A stretch of 64,000 bases of DNA from Candidatus Bathyarchaeia archaeon (GTDB lineage Archaea; Thermoproteota; Bathyarchaeia; Bathyarchaeales; Bathycorpusculaceae): contig JBEKOM010000002.1 of NCBI GenBank assembly GCA_049521795.1, positions 32,001 through 96,000 of the forward strand, given 5' to 3'. Made by a program: the position numbers and the translations under genes. The notes under the pieces are model-generated. The model was not told the origin of the DNA. It searched no databases and saw only the letters and a program-made list of their open reading frames with translations. Below, piece after piece: positions 49,526 to 59,950 of this stretch (its first letter is position 1; the number at the start of each line of letters is the position of its first letter).

Positions 49526-50527
49526 TCAGAGACCGATGCTGTTAATTACGGCGCCTGAGTTGCCATCGATTACCAAGACTATCTTGTTCCCCTTGTGGTC
49601 GTACTGGGCAAACCATATCGGCGCATAGAGCAGCTCTGCATCCGCGACGTCCACGTCCGTGTGTAGTTGTTGGATCATGTGGTACTGCGCATGCGCCTTC
49701 TCGGACTGCAATTGGTCGACCAGCGTTTTCGCTTGATAGTTGGCAGCTTCTTGTCCAACATCACCGTTCAGGATCTTTATGCCCTTTGGGACCTTCGAGA
49801 CGTCGAAGAGGTCCCTGTCATCGAGGCTGAACTGGTAATTTCTAGGCTGGTGCTCGGTAAGGGCCTTCAGCGCCACTACCGGGAAATTGTAGTTGTTGTC
49901 CATCTCGTAGGTCTTCTTCGCACCGCCTTGACCTTGGCCCATCATGCCGCCTAGCACTGCTCCTGCAAGAAGAGGCCCTGCGAAGCCTCCCCCGCCCCTT
50001 CTGCCACCCATAGCGGACCCCATAACGCCAAAGAGAGCCGCGGTAGTGGCGATCTCTCCAGCTTGGACTACCATGTCACTCGCTACGATCGATGTTCTTG
50101 CCGACACGGACACGATCCAGTATGGGACAAAGCTCAGGTTCATCTCCTCAAGCGTTGAACTCTCCTGAAGGTGCCGGTGCAGCAATCCCCTATCCATGAG
50201 ATCGTGAATCTTGGCCACGACTTGTTCTCTTCCTCCAAACTTGAGCGGAAGCATCGTCTGCTTCTGCACGCCTTTCCAGCCGTCGTTTCCGAGCGTTATC
50301 CCGGTTCCGCAGTACTCGCACGTTATGATCATCTCGCCAAACTTGGGCGAGATGGGTGCGCCGCAGCTGGGGCACTTCAGCGCAGTTGCTCCCAAAGGAG
50401 CCAAGATCGGTGCCGTCGACGCTGCAGCCTGCTTCGGCTGCCCAGTAGCGACGCTGGTTCCGCACTTCAAGCAAAAGGCTGCATCATCTGGAAGTTGAGC
50501 ACCGCACTTAGAACAGTACAAGGTCAT
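49526..50527 (-). CDS. Zinc-ribbon domain protein with Gly-rich hydrophobic segment
   Basis: CSKCG...FCLKCG and CPSCG...CEYCG; YVP/APIW-type repeats; IDGNSG end. Confidence 0.85.
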   Translation of the reverse strand: MTLYCSKCGAQLPDDAAFCLKCGTSVATGQPKQAAASTAPILAPLGATALKCPSCGAPISPKFGEMIITCEYCGTGITLGNDGWKGVQKQTMLPLKFGGREQVVAKIHDLMDRGLLHRHLQESSTLEEMNLSFVPYWIVSVSARTSIVASDMVVQAGEIATTAALFGVMGSAMGGRRGGGGFAGPLLAGAVLGGMMGQGQGGAKKTYEMDNNYNFPVVALKALTEHQPRNYQFSLDDRDLFDVSKVPKGIKILNGDVGQEAANYQAKTLVDQLQSEKAHAQYHMIQQLHTDVDVADAELLYAPIWFAQYDHKGNKIVLVIDGNSGAVINSIGL

Positions 50528-50880
50528 TCCACCCCGTTAATACGACTTGCCAAACGCGATCGATCCATCTGCCGATGACCTTCGCCAACATGGCTTGAAA
50601 CCTGCCCTCTTATATTTGAATTATCTTCTGGCAATTTGATCATTTAGAAACACGCGTCTACGGGCTTTCCTTGCGCACCGCCTTATAAATAAATGTTGGA
50701 ATCAAGAGGACCAAACGACATCTAGCGATCCTTGTTGTCCAGACGCATGAGTGTATGAGTCGAGTATCCGCTTTTGACATGCTTTGGCGGAAAAACTCTT
50801 TAAGTAGCTAAAAGCCCAAACCCTTCCTAAGGCTCGAATCACGTAGTACACGAAACGTCTGACGAAGAGGGCCCGAAGTC

Positions 50881-51813
50881 TTGCAGGAATATTTAATCGG
50901 AGCAGGTGGATGGGCATATTTTCAAATTCCAGGAGTCAACTCCTTAGCAGCGTACTCTAAGGTTTTCAACTTTGTCGAAGTAAACTCGACATTCTACCAG
51001 ATACCTCCCCTGAATGGAGTGGAAAAGTGGAGAAGACTGGTGCCGCCAGACTTTCAATTCAGCGTCAGAGCGCATCGCTCAATCACCCTCACCTACAAGT
51101 TCCAACCCGTTGAACAGGCTGCTGAGACTCTTGAAAAAATGAGAAAAATATGTCAGGTTCTAAAAGCGAATGTCCTGCACCTTCAAGTTCCGCGATCATT
51201 CAAGCTGAATCTCGCATCAGTCAAAGACTTCCGTTTCCTCCTTTCCTCAGTGGACCTTGGGAACATGCGCGTAGCCCTCGAAGTAAGACGGGCACCTGGC
51301 CAAATGCTCCCGCCTGAACTCTTGAAGATCATGCAAGACAAGAACATGGTGCACTGCGTAGATTTGTCGAAAGGCGAGGAACCCGCTTACGAGTCAGACC
51401 TATTGTACACCAGACTCTTCGGAAAGGGGCAACACAACATTTACCAGCCAACCGATGGAGAACTGGTCGAAATAGATCGGAGGGCCTCCGCGTCAAAGTC
51501 ACAAAAAGTAGCCATGAGCTTTCATTTTGTAAGAATGTACAAAGACGCTGTAAGGCTGAAGAAATACAAGCAGACGGGCAAGTTTCCAATGATCACAAGA
51601 TCAACCGGCCTCTCTTCCCTTGAAGAGGTTCTCAGAGAAGACGCAGAATTTCCTGCCACGAAACACCAGCTTGTCCACAAGCAAGGATGGAAACTCTTCG
51701 ACATGACAGAAACGGCAAGAGTCCACGCAGAGGAAGCCCTCCAAGAACTTCCTGAAGGGACCTACAACAACATCGCCGAAGTGATGGACAGATTAGAACA
51801 TATCCCCCGGTGA
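50881..51813 (+). CDS. DUF72 (YecE) family protein with small C-terminal helical domain
   Basis: IGAGGWAY, FVEVNSTFYQIP, YTRLFG; C-terminal FPATKHQLV...LPEGTY. Confidence 0.85.
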   Translation: MQEYLIGAGGWAYFQIPGVNSLAAYSKVFNFVEVNSTFYQIPPLNGVEKWRRLVPPDFQFSVRAHRSITLTYKFQPVEQAAETLEKMRKICQVLKANVLHLQVPRSFKLNLASVKDFRFLLSSVDLGNMRVALEVRRAPGQMLPPELLKIMQDKNMVHCVDLSKGEEPAYESDLLYTRLFGKGQHNIYQPTDGELVEIDRRASASKSQKVAMSFHFVRMYKDAVRLKKYKQTGKFPMITRSTGLSSLEEVLREDAEFPATKHQLVHKQGWKLFDMTETARVHAEEALQELPEGTYNNIAEVMDRLEHIPR

Positions 51814-53003
51814 TCAGCTTGGCTAAGATCTCCAAGAAAGTCTTCTTGGGAACGTCCGGGTGGAGCTACAAGGAATGGATAGGTCCTTTCTACACCAAAA
51901 TGGACAAGAGCATGCTCCGCGCCTACACAAAGGTCTTCAAGACCGTTGAGATCGACTCCACCTTCTACCGCTATCCTTCAAAAGGCACCGTCATGGGTTG
52001 GACCAGATACTCACCCGAAGGCTTCATTTACACAGCCAAACTGCCCGGCCTAATCACACACGAGAAGAAACTAGAGCTCGCACGAGGCATTGAGGAAGAC
52101 CTGCAGAGATTCTTAGAACTGATGGAGCCACTCTCCCTAAGCGGCAAACTAGGCTGCATACTCATCCAACTCCCTCCAAGGTTTGACTACAGGCCAAAAC
52201 AGCTGGAAGACTTCTTCAAATTGCTCCCGACCCACGTGAAATTCGCCGTAGAGTTCCGAGACCTCTCATGGATGCGAAACGAAACATGGGCCCTCCTCGA
52301 GAAATACAAGGTAGCATACACAATCGTCGACGAACCACTCTTACCTCCAGAGACACACTTGACATCCCCGCTCGCCTATTTCCGATGGCACGGACACGGA
52401 ACCAGACCATGGTACAACTATCGCTATCGCGCCGAAGAGCTTCAGCCTTGGGCTCCCAGAGTTGAAGAAGTCGCTGACAAAGTCGAAAAAGTCTACGGCT
52501 ATTTCAACAACCATTATCATGGCTACGCAGTCGAGAACTGTCTGCAAATAATGGAAATGGTGGGGGCTTTAGAGCCAAAGCAAGTCGAAATCAAGAACAG
52601 GATAGAAAGCTACCGCAAAGATGCAACTCAGACGACTTATTCCACTCTTGAAGCTTTTGCTGCACCGAAGAACATGAATTTTGAGAGTCTCATAAACTAC
52701 TTCGTTCCTCCGGAAAGGTTGAAGAGAGCTGAACAGATGCCGGACAGTGACCTGACGATTACTAAGCGATTAAGTGAAAGGCTTGAAGCGAGGTTGAGAG
52801 AATATCACATAGTGATAGACGTAAGAGAAAAGATCATCCTTCATGACTGTGCAGACTGGGAACGAGTCTCGTCAACAAAAAAACTCTGCAAGCACATCGC
52901 AAAACTGCTATTGTCGATTGACAGAGAACAAGCTAATGGGATACTCAGAGATCTTTACGAACAGGAAGAAGCATGGCAATTCAAACCTTACCACCTTGAA
53001 TAA
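51810..53003 (+). CDS. DUF72 (YecE) family protein with C-terminal SWIM-like domain
   Basis: GTSGWSYKEW, VEIDSTFY, QLPP, EFR, YFRWHG, YFNNH; C-terminal HDCADW....KKLCKH. Confidence 0.9.
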   Translation: MISLAKISKKVFLGTSGWSYKEWIGPFYTKMDKSMLRAYTKVFKTVEIDSTFYRYPSKGTVMGWTRYSPEGFIYTAKLPGLITHEKKLELARGIEEDLQRFLELMEPLSLSGKLGCILIQLPPRFDYRPKQLEDFFKLLPTHVKFAVEFRDLSWMRNETWALLEKYKVAYTIVDEPLLPPETHLTSPLAYFRWHGHGTRPWYNYRYRAEELQPWAPRVEEVADKVEKVYGYFNNHYHGYAVENCLQIMEMVGALEPKQVEIKNRIESYRKDATQTTYSTLEAFAAPKNMNFESLINYFVPPERLKRAEQMPDSDLTITKRLSERLEARLREYHIVIDVREKIILHDCADWERVSSTKKLCKHIAKLLLSIDREQANGILRDLYEQEEAWQFKPYHLE

Positions 53004-53292
53004 GAAAACATTCTTTTGATCGATCATGGCTTTCTGCAAACCCCGTATCGGACTTGCGCACGCAATGCCACTACTCAGTCTAATGCCCGATCCCCATGTC
53101 CAGCCTGCTCAAATCTCAGTCCTAACTCCTCGAAGAAACACTCTAGAAAATCCTGCGATAGAAAGAACCTAGTGAGAAGCTTCCATTTGCCAGTGGGCCC
53201 GTGGCGCACGGAAAAGCACAGCGCACAAGCTGAGAGGACCGCATTTTGCTAATCTTCATCCCTTAGAGACGATAAAAAGAGGGGTTTACCTG

Positions 53293-53532
53293 CTACTTCG
53301 CGTTTTCCGAAGACATCAGCGTGAGCGTGGCCCTCACATTGTTCACCTTTCTGATGCGAACGGTCACGATCTCCTTGAGCCTATCCATGGTTTCCGCCTT
53401 CACCTTCGCAACAATGTCATAGGTCCCATAGACAGCAAAAACCTCATCTACGCCCTCGACCTTTTTCAAATCCTTCAGAACATCCGTTTCAGAACCTAGC
53501 TCTGTGTTGATCAAGACGAAAGCTGTTGGCAT
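53293..53532 (-). CDS. Stand-alone Lrp/AsnC ligand-binding domain protein
   Basis: AFVLIN, VYGTYDIVAKV, IRKV..V..TLTL. Confidence 0.92.
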   Translation of the reverse strand: MPTAFVLINTELGSETDVLKDLKKVEGVDEVFAVYGTYDIVAKVKAETMDRLKEIVTVRIRKVNNVRATLTLMSSENAK

Positions 53533-53642
53533 CCAAACTCCCCTTGCCTACTGTCTGCTGTGAGAATAAAATATTTGCTGCTTATATAAGTGCTGACCAC
53601 AAGCTTTCAAGAGTCATGGCATGCTGATGGATTTCCATAGGA

Positions 53643-53901
53643 CTAAACCTTGTACTCTCTTCCCTTCTCAGGCAGCACTACTTCACCCCTAAGGTCTCGC
53701 GTGAACTTCGAACAGCTCAGCGTTCTCCGTATGAATTGGGAAGACCTTCGCCGCATCAACCTCTTTAAGAATCGATTTCAGCTGCAACGGCATGCCAAAG
53801 TCGAAGAAGATCCTGGTGTCTCCATCCTTGATCAGAATCTTATTCCCGCCAATCTCGTTCACCCCACCATAAAAGGCTAAAGTCGTTTCACGTTTGACCA
53901 T
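53643..53901 (-). pseudogene. MBL-fold/RNase J-like hydrolase with large internal deletion and frameshift
   Basis: N-terminal FYGGVNEIGGNKIL...FFDFGMP joined directly to C-terminal LQLKSILKE...VFPIHTENAELF, then a shift to FTRDLRGEVVLPEKGREYKV*. Confidence 0.8.
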
Positions 53902-53903
53902 GC

Positions 53904-55610
53904 CTACGCCTTCAGCCCGTCTGCTTTCCTGCAGACGCTTGAAAGAATAAACATTATGTGTGGAAAAGTGAACACGCTGAAAACCTTCGTGTACTTTGGG
54001 CTGCCCGCTTTCTTGACAGTGGCAACGCTTCCTCCGCCCTCCAAATATCCCCTGATAAAAGTCTCAGCAAACTTCTCCAGCCTTCCACCTTCAACGAACG
54101 GGGAAATGCTATGGCCTGAATAGTACAGAAATTCCGCAACGTCCCAAACCGCGTCTCCGTTTCGACTTGCCTGCTCAAAATCCATCAGACATACTTGACC
54201 TTCCTTTCCGATAAGGATATTCTCAGGCTTCGTGTCCCCGAGCGCAATACCCAGAGCATGTACACCTGCAAGCGTTTTCCCAATTCTCGCGACCACATCT
54301 AGATCTTTCGCAATCTCATCAGAATCTTTCGAACCAGCAACCTGCTTCACGACTCTTCCAACATCCTCCCCTTCAAAATACTCCATGACTATCAACCGGT
54401 CGCCAGGACTGACGTGCAGAACCTTAGGGACTGCGAAACCGTTTAAATCTAACAATCGACTGATGGCGCATTCCCTCTGGAGTCTTGAGCTGCCTGAAAC
54501 CGCGAAGGTTCGCGTTCCAACAGACCACAACGTGAGAGGAAACCATTTGAAATTCGACCAGTCCCTGAATCTCTTGACAACTGCCTTCCTGGGCTTGCCA
54601 CCCGCAAACGTCTTTACCAGGTAAACATCGTTCAAGATGCCGCCCATATTCTCAACCCTGACTTCAGCATTCGCATCAGCCCCAAACACCTTTCTGACGA
54701 CTGCTTCGATGTCTAACCTGCTCGCGAGCGGCACCAAACCGGATGCCGTTGGAACATAAACGTAGTTCTCAGGATCCTCGAACCTCTGCCAAATCCTTGA
54801 ATCCTCACCAAAACCCCTCTGAATACCAGAGAAAAGCTCCTTGTTCTGTGAAAGCGCATTCATAATCTGCGGAAAGAGACCGAGCAAGGACGTGAACAAA
54901 GCTCTTTGGCCTGTCTTGAAAAGATCGGTAAAACGTGCCCTACGGCGCCGCGAATCATCGACAAACTTCTTCGAAATTCTCAGGTAACCTTCCGAGTGAT
55001 AGACTATGCCGTCTTTTTCAAGCTGCTTCAATGCTTCGACAAAACCGTGAAGAGAACAGTCCACTCCCATTTCACCTTTCTTTTTTCCTAGGAGGCTCGT
55101 CAGGGCGTACATCGTAGGTGGAAAAAGTCGGCCCCTCGTCAACATGGTTTCATACATGAAATACTCTGGTTTAATGTGTAATTCGTACGAGAGTTCTGGG
55201 AAATCCATAATCAGACTCTGTAAGAGTTCGGTAATCAAGCGTTTCTTTAACTTCACCTCCTGCGAGTGCAGGTACGACTCATTTAACAGGGTTGCGTATG
55301 GGAAGGTAAGTGCACCGGCCAAAGCTTCTCCCAGCAATCCCCTGTCTACGTCCCTTTCAAAAACCCACTTGTCAACTGCTGAAACAGTGACGTAGCTCGC
55401 ACCCAGAACCTTGGCGTAATTCATCAGCCTCGGCTGAAAACCGCGTAGAATGACTAGCACCTGAAGAACGGTTTTCGTTGTGGGCAATGGTGAAGCGTAA
55501 TCGCTTCGTACACAACCTGCAACAACATGTGAAGAGCCTGCGGCATGCCTGCAAAAGTCGAGAATTTCTTCAGTCAGTTTCGGATCTGGATGCAATGTGC
55601 CCTGAGCCAA
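53904..55610 (-). CDS. Multi-domain protein with C-terminal Kdo/Bud32/RIO-like kinase domain
   Basis: GGILNDVY, VVKRF, RE, MEY, LGDTKPEN, MDFEQA, WDVAEF. Confidence 0.8.
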   Translation of the reverse strand: MAQGTLHPDPKLTEEILDFCRHAAGSSHVVAGCVRSDYASPLPTTKTVLQVLVILRGFQPRLMNYAKVLGASYVTVSAVDKWVFERDVDRGLLGEALAGALTFPYATLLNESYLHSQEVKLKKRLITELLQSLIMDFPELSYELHIKPEYFMYETMLTRGRLFPPTMYALTSLLGKKKGEMGVDCSLHGFVEALKQLEKDGIVYHSEGYLRISKKFVDDSRRRRARFTDLFKTGQRALFTSLLGLFPQIMNALSQNKELFSGIQRGFGEDSRIWQRFEDPENYVYVPTASGLVPLASRLDIEAVVRKVFGADANAEVRVENMGGILNDVYLVKTFAGGKPRKAVVKRFRDWSNFKWFPLTLWSVGTRTFAVSGSSRLQRECAISRLLDLNGFAVPKVLHVSPGDRLIVMEYFEGEDVGRVVKQVAGSKDSDEIAKDLDVVARIGKTLAGVHALGIALGDTKPENILIGKEGQVCLMDFEQASRNGDAVWDVAEFLYYSGHSISPFVEGGRLEKFAETFIRGYLEGGGSVATVKKAGSPKYTKVFSVFTFPHIMFILSSVCRKADGLKA

Positions 55611-55716
55611 CTTTTCACCCTAAACGAGGACTATGATCTCAAGTACAATCTAGATCTCTACGAGATATATTTGATGCTTCCAACTTCACCAGAAGAAATT
55701 GTGTCAACGATGAGCC

Positions 55717-57078
55717 CTAATCTTTTTTTTCACGAATTATTGCGTAAGCTCTCAACACTCGCATTGCCCTAGCCGCTTTTTCGGGCAGATTATACAACGG
55801 AACACTTGACCGACCCAGCACTTCATACACTTTTGCGAAATCCTCTCCGCCGGCTGGAACGTCGACAACCGGTTTGCGAGGAAACCTTGATGCTATTCTT
55901 GGAATTACCCTTGAATCATACGGTTCAAAGAACGTAGATTTGAGCATGTTGATCACTAGCACGCCGTCCACGTTCTTGTCCGCAAGTATAAGTTCAAGCA
56001 CCTTCCTGTATCTGTCAGCCTTTGCATCAGCAATCAAGTCTATGGGATTGCAGGCGTCCACCCCGGGATATTGACGCTCGATTTCCTTCTTTGTCCCAGA
56101 AGACAAGCATGCCAGCCTTAGACCGTTTCTTTCAACTGCGTCCGCTGCTAGTATGGCCGGCCCTCCAACGTTACTGACGATTGCCACGTTGTCTCCGTGC
56201 ATCGGTGGCTGTTTGGACAGCGCGATAGCCATGTCCATAAGTTCCTCGATGTTTTCCACCCTGATTGCACCTGCTTTCTTGAAAGCCGCATCAAAAACCT
56301 CGTTTGACCCGGCTATTGAAGCCGTGTGCGACTTTGCCCTCTGCGCCGACTCGCGAGTAACTCCCCCTTTGAGAACCAAAATTGGCTTCCGCTTCACGAT
56401 CCTTCTCGCCTCGGCAATGAATTCTCTGCCGTTCTTGATCCCTTCCATGTAGAGACATATCACCTTCGTTTTCGTGTCTTTTCCGAGATACCGCAGCAAA
56501 TCAACGTCGTTCACGTCAACCTTGTCGCCTACAAAAGCAAACTTGCTGATTCCGACGTTGAAGAAGCATGCCCAATCGAGCAGGCAGGCGCCGACTCCGC
56601 CGCTCTGGGATATGACTGCGATGTTACCTTTTTCGGGCATGAGGTCTATTTCAAAGGTCGTGTTCAATCCGTTGGCAGTGTTCAGTACACCCATAATCGT
56701 GTTTGGGCCCAGGATCCTGATGCCATACTTCTCCTTAAGTCTTGAAAGACTGGCGCGCTGATTTTCTTTGTAGCCACCAGTGATCATGATAAGGGCTTTG
56801 ACACCCATCTTGGCGCACTCCACGGCTTGGGCGACCGAAAGCTCGGGTGGAAGCATGATGACTGCAAGGTCAGGTACTTCTGGCAGCTTTATCACGTTCT
56901 TGTAACCAGCTCGGCCGTCGACGTCTACGACATAGGCTTTCTCGTGGTAGAACCTCTTCATGTTGTACGTTACGTTGCCGAAGAGCTGAGGTGAAGCCAT
57001 CCCGACCTTCTCTCGAATCCTGCTGGAGCCTATAAGCACTGCCGATTTCGGTTCAAAGATGGCGTCCACTTTGTCCAT
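55717..57078 (-). CDS. acdA: Acyl-CoA synthetase (NDP-forming) alpha subunit
   Basis: FEPKS, GPN, SQSGG, YMEG, phospho-His SHTASIAG, SNVGG, NPIDL. Confidence 0.88.
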   Translation of the reverse strand: MDKVDAIFEPKSAVLIGSSRIREKVGMASPQLFGNVTYNMKRFYHEKAYVVDVDGRAGYKNVIKLPEVPDLAVIMLPPELSVAQAVECAKMGVKALIMITGGYKENQRASLSRLKEKYGIRILGPNTIMGVLNTANGLNTTFEIDLMPEKGNIAVISQSGGVGACLLDWACFFNVGISKFAFVGDKVDVNDVDLLRYLGKDTKTKVICLYMEGIKNGREFIAEARRIVKRKPILVLKGGVTRESAQRAKSHTASIAGSNEVFDAAFKKAGAIRVENIEELMDMAIALSKQPPMHGDNVAIVSNVGGPAILAADAVERNGLRLACLSSGTKKEIERQYPGVDACNPIDLIADAKADRYRKVLELILADKNVDGVLVINMLKSTFFEPYDSRVIPRIASRFPRKPVVDVPAGGEDFAKVYEVLGRSSVPLYNLPEKAARAMRVLRAYAIIREKKD

Positions 57079-57204
57079 GCGTGCACCCTTCAGACCGAAG
57101 TTTCAAAGGTGGAAGGAAACAAGATATGTGTTCCGTATTCATAAATCTAACCATAAGAACTACGCTTGAACGTTACTACGTGTGCTCTATTATTCCTATA
57201 ATGA

Positions 57205-57966
57205 TCAAGCGTTTCGTGTGAGAATTCTCATGTAAGCGAAAGCTGCGGTAAACGTAAAAATAGCGGAGAAGGCTGCAATGTACAAAATAGAAAGATAGGA
57301 GAAGGAATAGTTAGGCAACAAGATGGATCGGATCATGTCAGAAGCTCCGCTTAAGGGATTAATCTCAGCCAACGTGGCCAATGCTGCTCCCGCACTTTGA
57401 ATTACCGTGAGTGGATAGAAAACTGTGCTGCAAAAGAAGAGCACATAGTAAACCGCTCCTCTTGCAGTTATGAATTTTTCGAGGCTCGAGGTGGAAACAG
57501 CGATAGAAATGCTTAAGCCAGAAATGCCGACCGCCAGCAGAAAAAGCACGGCCAAGATCAACAACAACTGCCATATCGTGGGAAAGCCCACGAAAATGAA
57601 ACACGTCAGCAGGAGTGGCGACATATACATCATTCCTCTGAGTCCGCCTGAAAGAACCCGTCCTACAGCCAGCTCTAACCGTGTCATCGGCAAGCTCAGC
57701 ATGTAGTGGTGCACTTCTCTTCGACGTTCCATGTTGATTTCGCGTCCAATCATGAAAGCCGAGGCGAAGAGCCCGGTCACGGCCAAACCTGGCGCGAAGA
57801 AATTGAAGTAACTGCCAATCAAAACGTTAGGCTTCAAAATGGTATTGTAGACTAGTGCCGACACGAATAGGTCAGCAAGGTTCATACTGATTAAGCCCAC
57901 AAGCCACCATTTATAACGGAAGAAGTTCCTGAAGTCGTGCTCAACCATCCGAATAATGCCTTTCAT
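57205..57966 (-). CDS. ABC-2 type permease
   Basis: FFAPGL, SLPMTR, FYPL, INPLS. Confidence 0.9.
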   Translation of the reverse strand: MKGIIRMVEHDFRNFFRYKWWLVGLISMNLADLFVSALVYNTILKPNVLIGSYFNFFAPGLAVTGLFASAFMIGREINMERRREVHHYMLSLPMTRLELAVGRVLSGGLRGMMYMSPLLLTCFIFVGFPTIWQLLLILAVLFLLAVGISGLSISIAVSTSSLEKFITARGAVYYVLFFCSTVFYPLTVIQSAGAALATLAEINPLSGASDMIRSILLPNYSFSYLSILYIAAFSAIFTFTAAFAYMRILTRNA

Positions 57967-58716
57967 CTATCGCCAGCCTCCCCCTTCAATCATCCTTTCG
58001 TAGATCGTAATGCCTAGAAGAGTAAAAAGTCCGAAGAAAGTGACGATCCCTAGGAGAGGAAGCAAAGGGTTCTGGACGTATATTATTTTTTCTAGGCCAG
58101 TGCCCCATCTGAAAAGGTCCGCGGCATACGTGAGAGGGTTGAGGTTCGCGGTCCAACCATAGATTGGGTTAGTCTGCTGTATGACATACGCTGGGTACAT
58201 GGTCGTGCTTAGGCGCACGATGAACGCATCTAGGACTCCCATGAGAATATCGAATCGATCGCTCGATTTAATCAATACGGCTATTGCAATTGACATGCCT
58301 GAAACTCCGAATGAGAAGAGGAAAAGTGCAAGCAAGGCAATTGTAAGATTCAACGGGTTGACAGCGCCAATCACGAACAGCGATATTGCTACGAGCGGTC
58401 CAACGTATATGAATGCTCTAAGTCCTCCACCTATTGATCGTCCTATGACGAGTTGCCTTCTAGAGACGGGGAGGCTTAGAAGATATTCAAAAACACCGTG
58501 CTCGGCTTCCTCATAAATGTCGAAACCGATGAATATTGCGGTCGAATAGAGGGTCATCACAGACAGCCCTCCTACGTAATATTTGAAGTAATCCGGAACG
58601 TTCACCATGTTTGCGGCGATCACACCAAACAGAAGGACTTGTGAAACGAACCAGATAGCGCGCATTATGATCAGGAACTTGTACTGAAAGAAGAGGCGAA
58701 CATCTCTCTCGATCAC
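57967..58716 (-). CDS. ABC-2 type permease
   Basis: EYLLSLPVSR, NPLTYAAD; start uncertain because the upstream ATG at 58741 is out of frame. Confidence 0.88.
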   Translation of the reverse strand: MIERDVRLFFQYKFLIIMRAIWFVSQVLLFGVIAANMVNVPDYFKYYVGGLSVMTLYSTAIFIGFDIYEEAEHGVFEYLLSLPVSRRQLVIGRSIGGGLRAFIYVGPLVAISLFVIGAVNPLNLTIALLALFLFSFGVSGMSIAIAVLIKSSDRFDILMGVLDAFIVRLSTTMYPAYVIQQTNPIYGWTANLNPLTYAADLFRWGTGLEKIIYVQNPLLPLLGIVTFFGLFTLLGITIYERMIEGGGWR

Positions 58717-58741
58717 GAACAGAGTCTTATTCGTCTACCAT

Positions 58742-59704
58742 TCACCTTTCATCCTTTTGGGCTTCCTCTATTGTCAGACCCGTGTAGTGAGCAAAAACGT
58801 CGTCAAGGCTCGGTTCGCTCATGCGTATCGAAGTAACGGGCACGTTTTTCCGGGAGAACAAGTCCATTATCCGCGGAACAACTTCTTCCACCTTGTTCAA
58901 GTAGAGACGCAGATTGCTCGGCTTGAGCTGCGTGATGTCTACGACTTCCTTCAGGCTTTTGAGATCTGCTATGATTTCCGCTGAGGCGTCCTTTCCGAGT
59001 TCAACGTCAACTATGTCCCCGCCCAGAATGCTGTCCTTCAACTTTTTAGGCGTGCCGCACACTAGGAGCTTGCCCTTATGGAGTATTCCCACGCGATCTG
59101 AGAGTTGGTCCGCCTCGTAGAGCTCGTTTGTGGCTAGAATTATGGTGCTTCCCTCGTCGCGAAGCTCAAGGAGCATGTTCCATATCTTATGTTTGCCGAT
59201 TATGTCGATCTGAGCTGTCGGCTCGTCGACTATCGCAACCTTGGGTCTTTGGACTAGGACTTTGGCCATCTCGGCCCGCTTGCGCATTCCACCTGAAAGT
59301 GCATGAACATTCTTGTGTCGAGCGTCCCACATGTCAACGGCATCCAACACTTGTTTGACCCGCAGTTTTCGCTCCGACGTTGAGAGGCCGCACACCTTGG
59401 CGTGCCAGTTGACCACGTCCCATGGGGTGCTGACCCACAGCATCTTGGGTTCCTGAAAAGCAACGCCTAGAACGCCTCGGACTTTTTCAGGTTGCTTCCG
59501 GATGTCGAATCCGCCGACTAGGGCAGTGCCATCTGTGGGTTTGATAACCGTTGCGAGCATAAGGATCGTGGTCGTCTTGCCCGCGCCGTTAGGCCCCAGA
59601 AGCCCGAGGATCTCGCCCTCCTCAATGTCCAAGTCCAGATGGTCGACGGCGGCGAGGTCTCCATATTTTTTTGTGAGGTTCTTAATTTGAATTACGGGTG
59701 CCAT
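58742..59704 (-). CDS. ABC transporter ATP-binding protein (DrrA type)
   Basis: GPNGAGKTT, LSGGMRKR, DEPT, EPSLDDVF. Confidence 0.95.
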   Translation of the reverse strand: MAPVIQIKNLTKKYGDLAAVDHLDLDIEEGEILGLLGPNGAGKTTTILMLATVIKPTDGTALVGGFDIRKQPEKVRGVLGVAFQEPKMLWVSTPWDVVNWHAKVCGLSTSERKLRVKQVLDAVDMWDARHKNVHALSGGMRKRAEMAKVLVQRPKVAIVDEPTAQIDIIGKHKIWNMLLELRDEGSTIILATNELYEADQLSDRVGILHKGKLLVCGTPKKLKDSILGGDIVDVELGKDASAEIIADLKSLKEVVDITQLKPSNLRLYLNKVEEVVPRIMDLFSRKNVPVTSIRMSEPSLDDVFAHYTGLTIEEAQKDER

Positions 59705-59950
59705 CGCTACACCATTTATGTTAAAGCAGATAGAATGACCACACCGAGAAATAAGATTAACTCCCTGCATCAAATCATAGTCTTATCATCATGGTGTGCT
59801 ACTCGGACTCAGATTCTGTCTCGACTGCACACAAAACTGGTGGCAACGTTTCGTCCGGCTCCAACAACTGTTTCAGATATTCTCTTAGGTCATGATCCTG
59901 AAGGAAGCATTCTTAAGAATACTCTGAACAATACATCTTCGTGGCTTGAC

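Noticed and set aside
53016-53252. 78-aa ORF with CPAC
   Set aside because: Single CxxC in low-complexity sequence; probably spurious
59639-59950. N-terminal extension of the pncB ORF (likewise pyrG 247-372)
   Set aside because: No family similarity and, for pncB, overlap with the divergent gene; read-through upstream of the likely start
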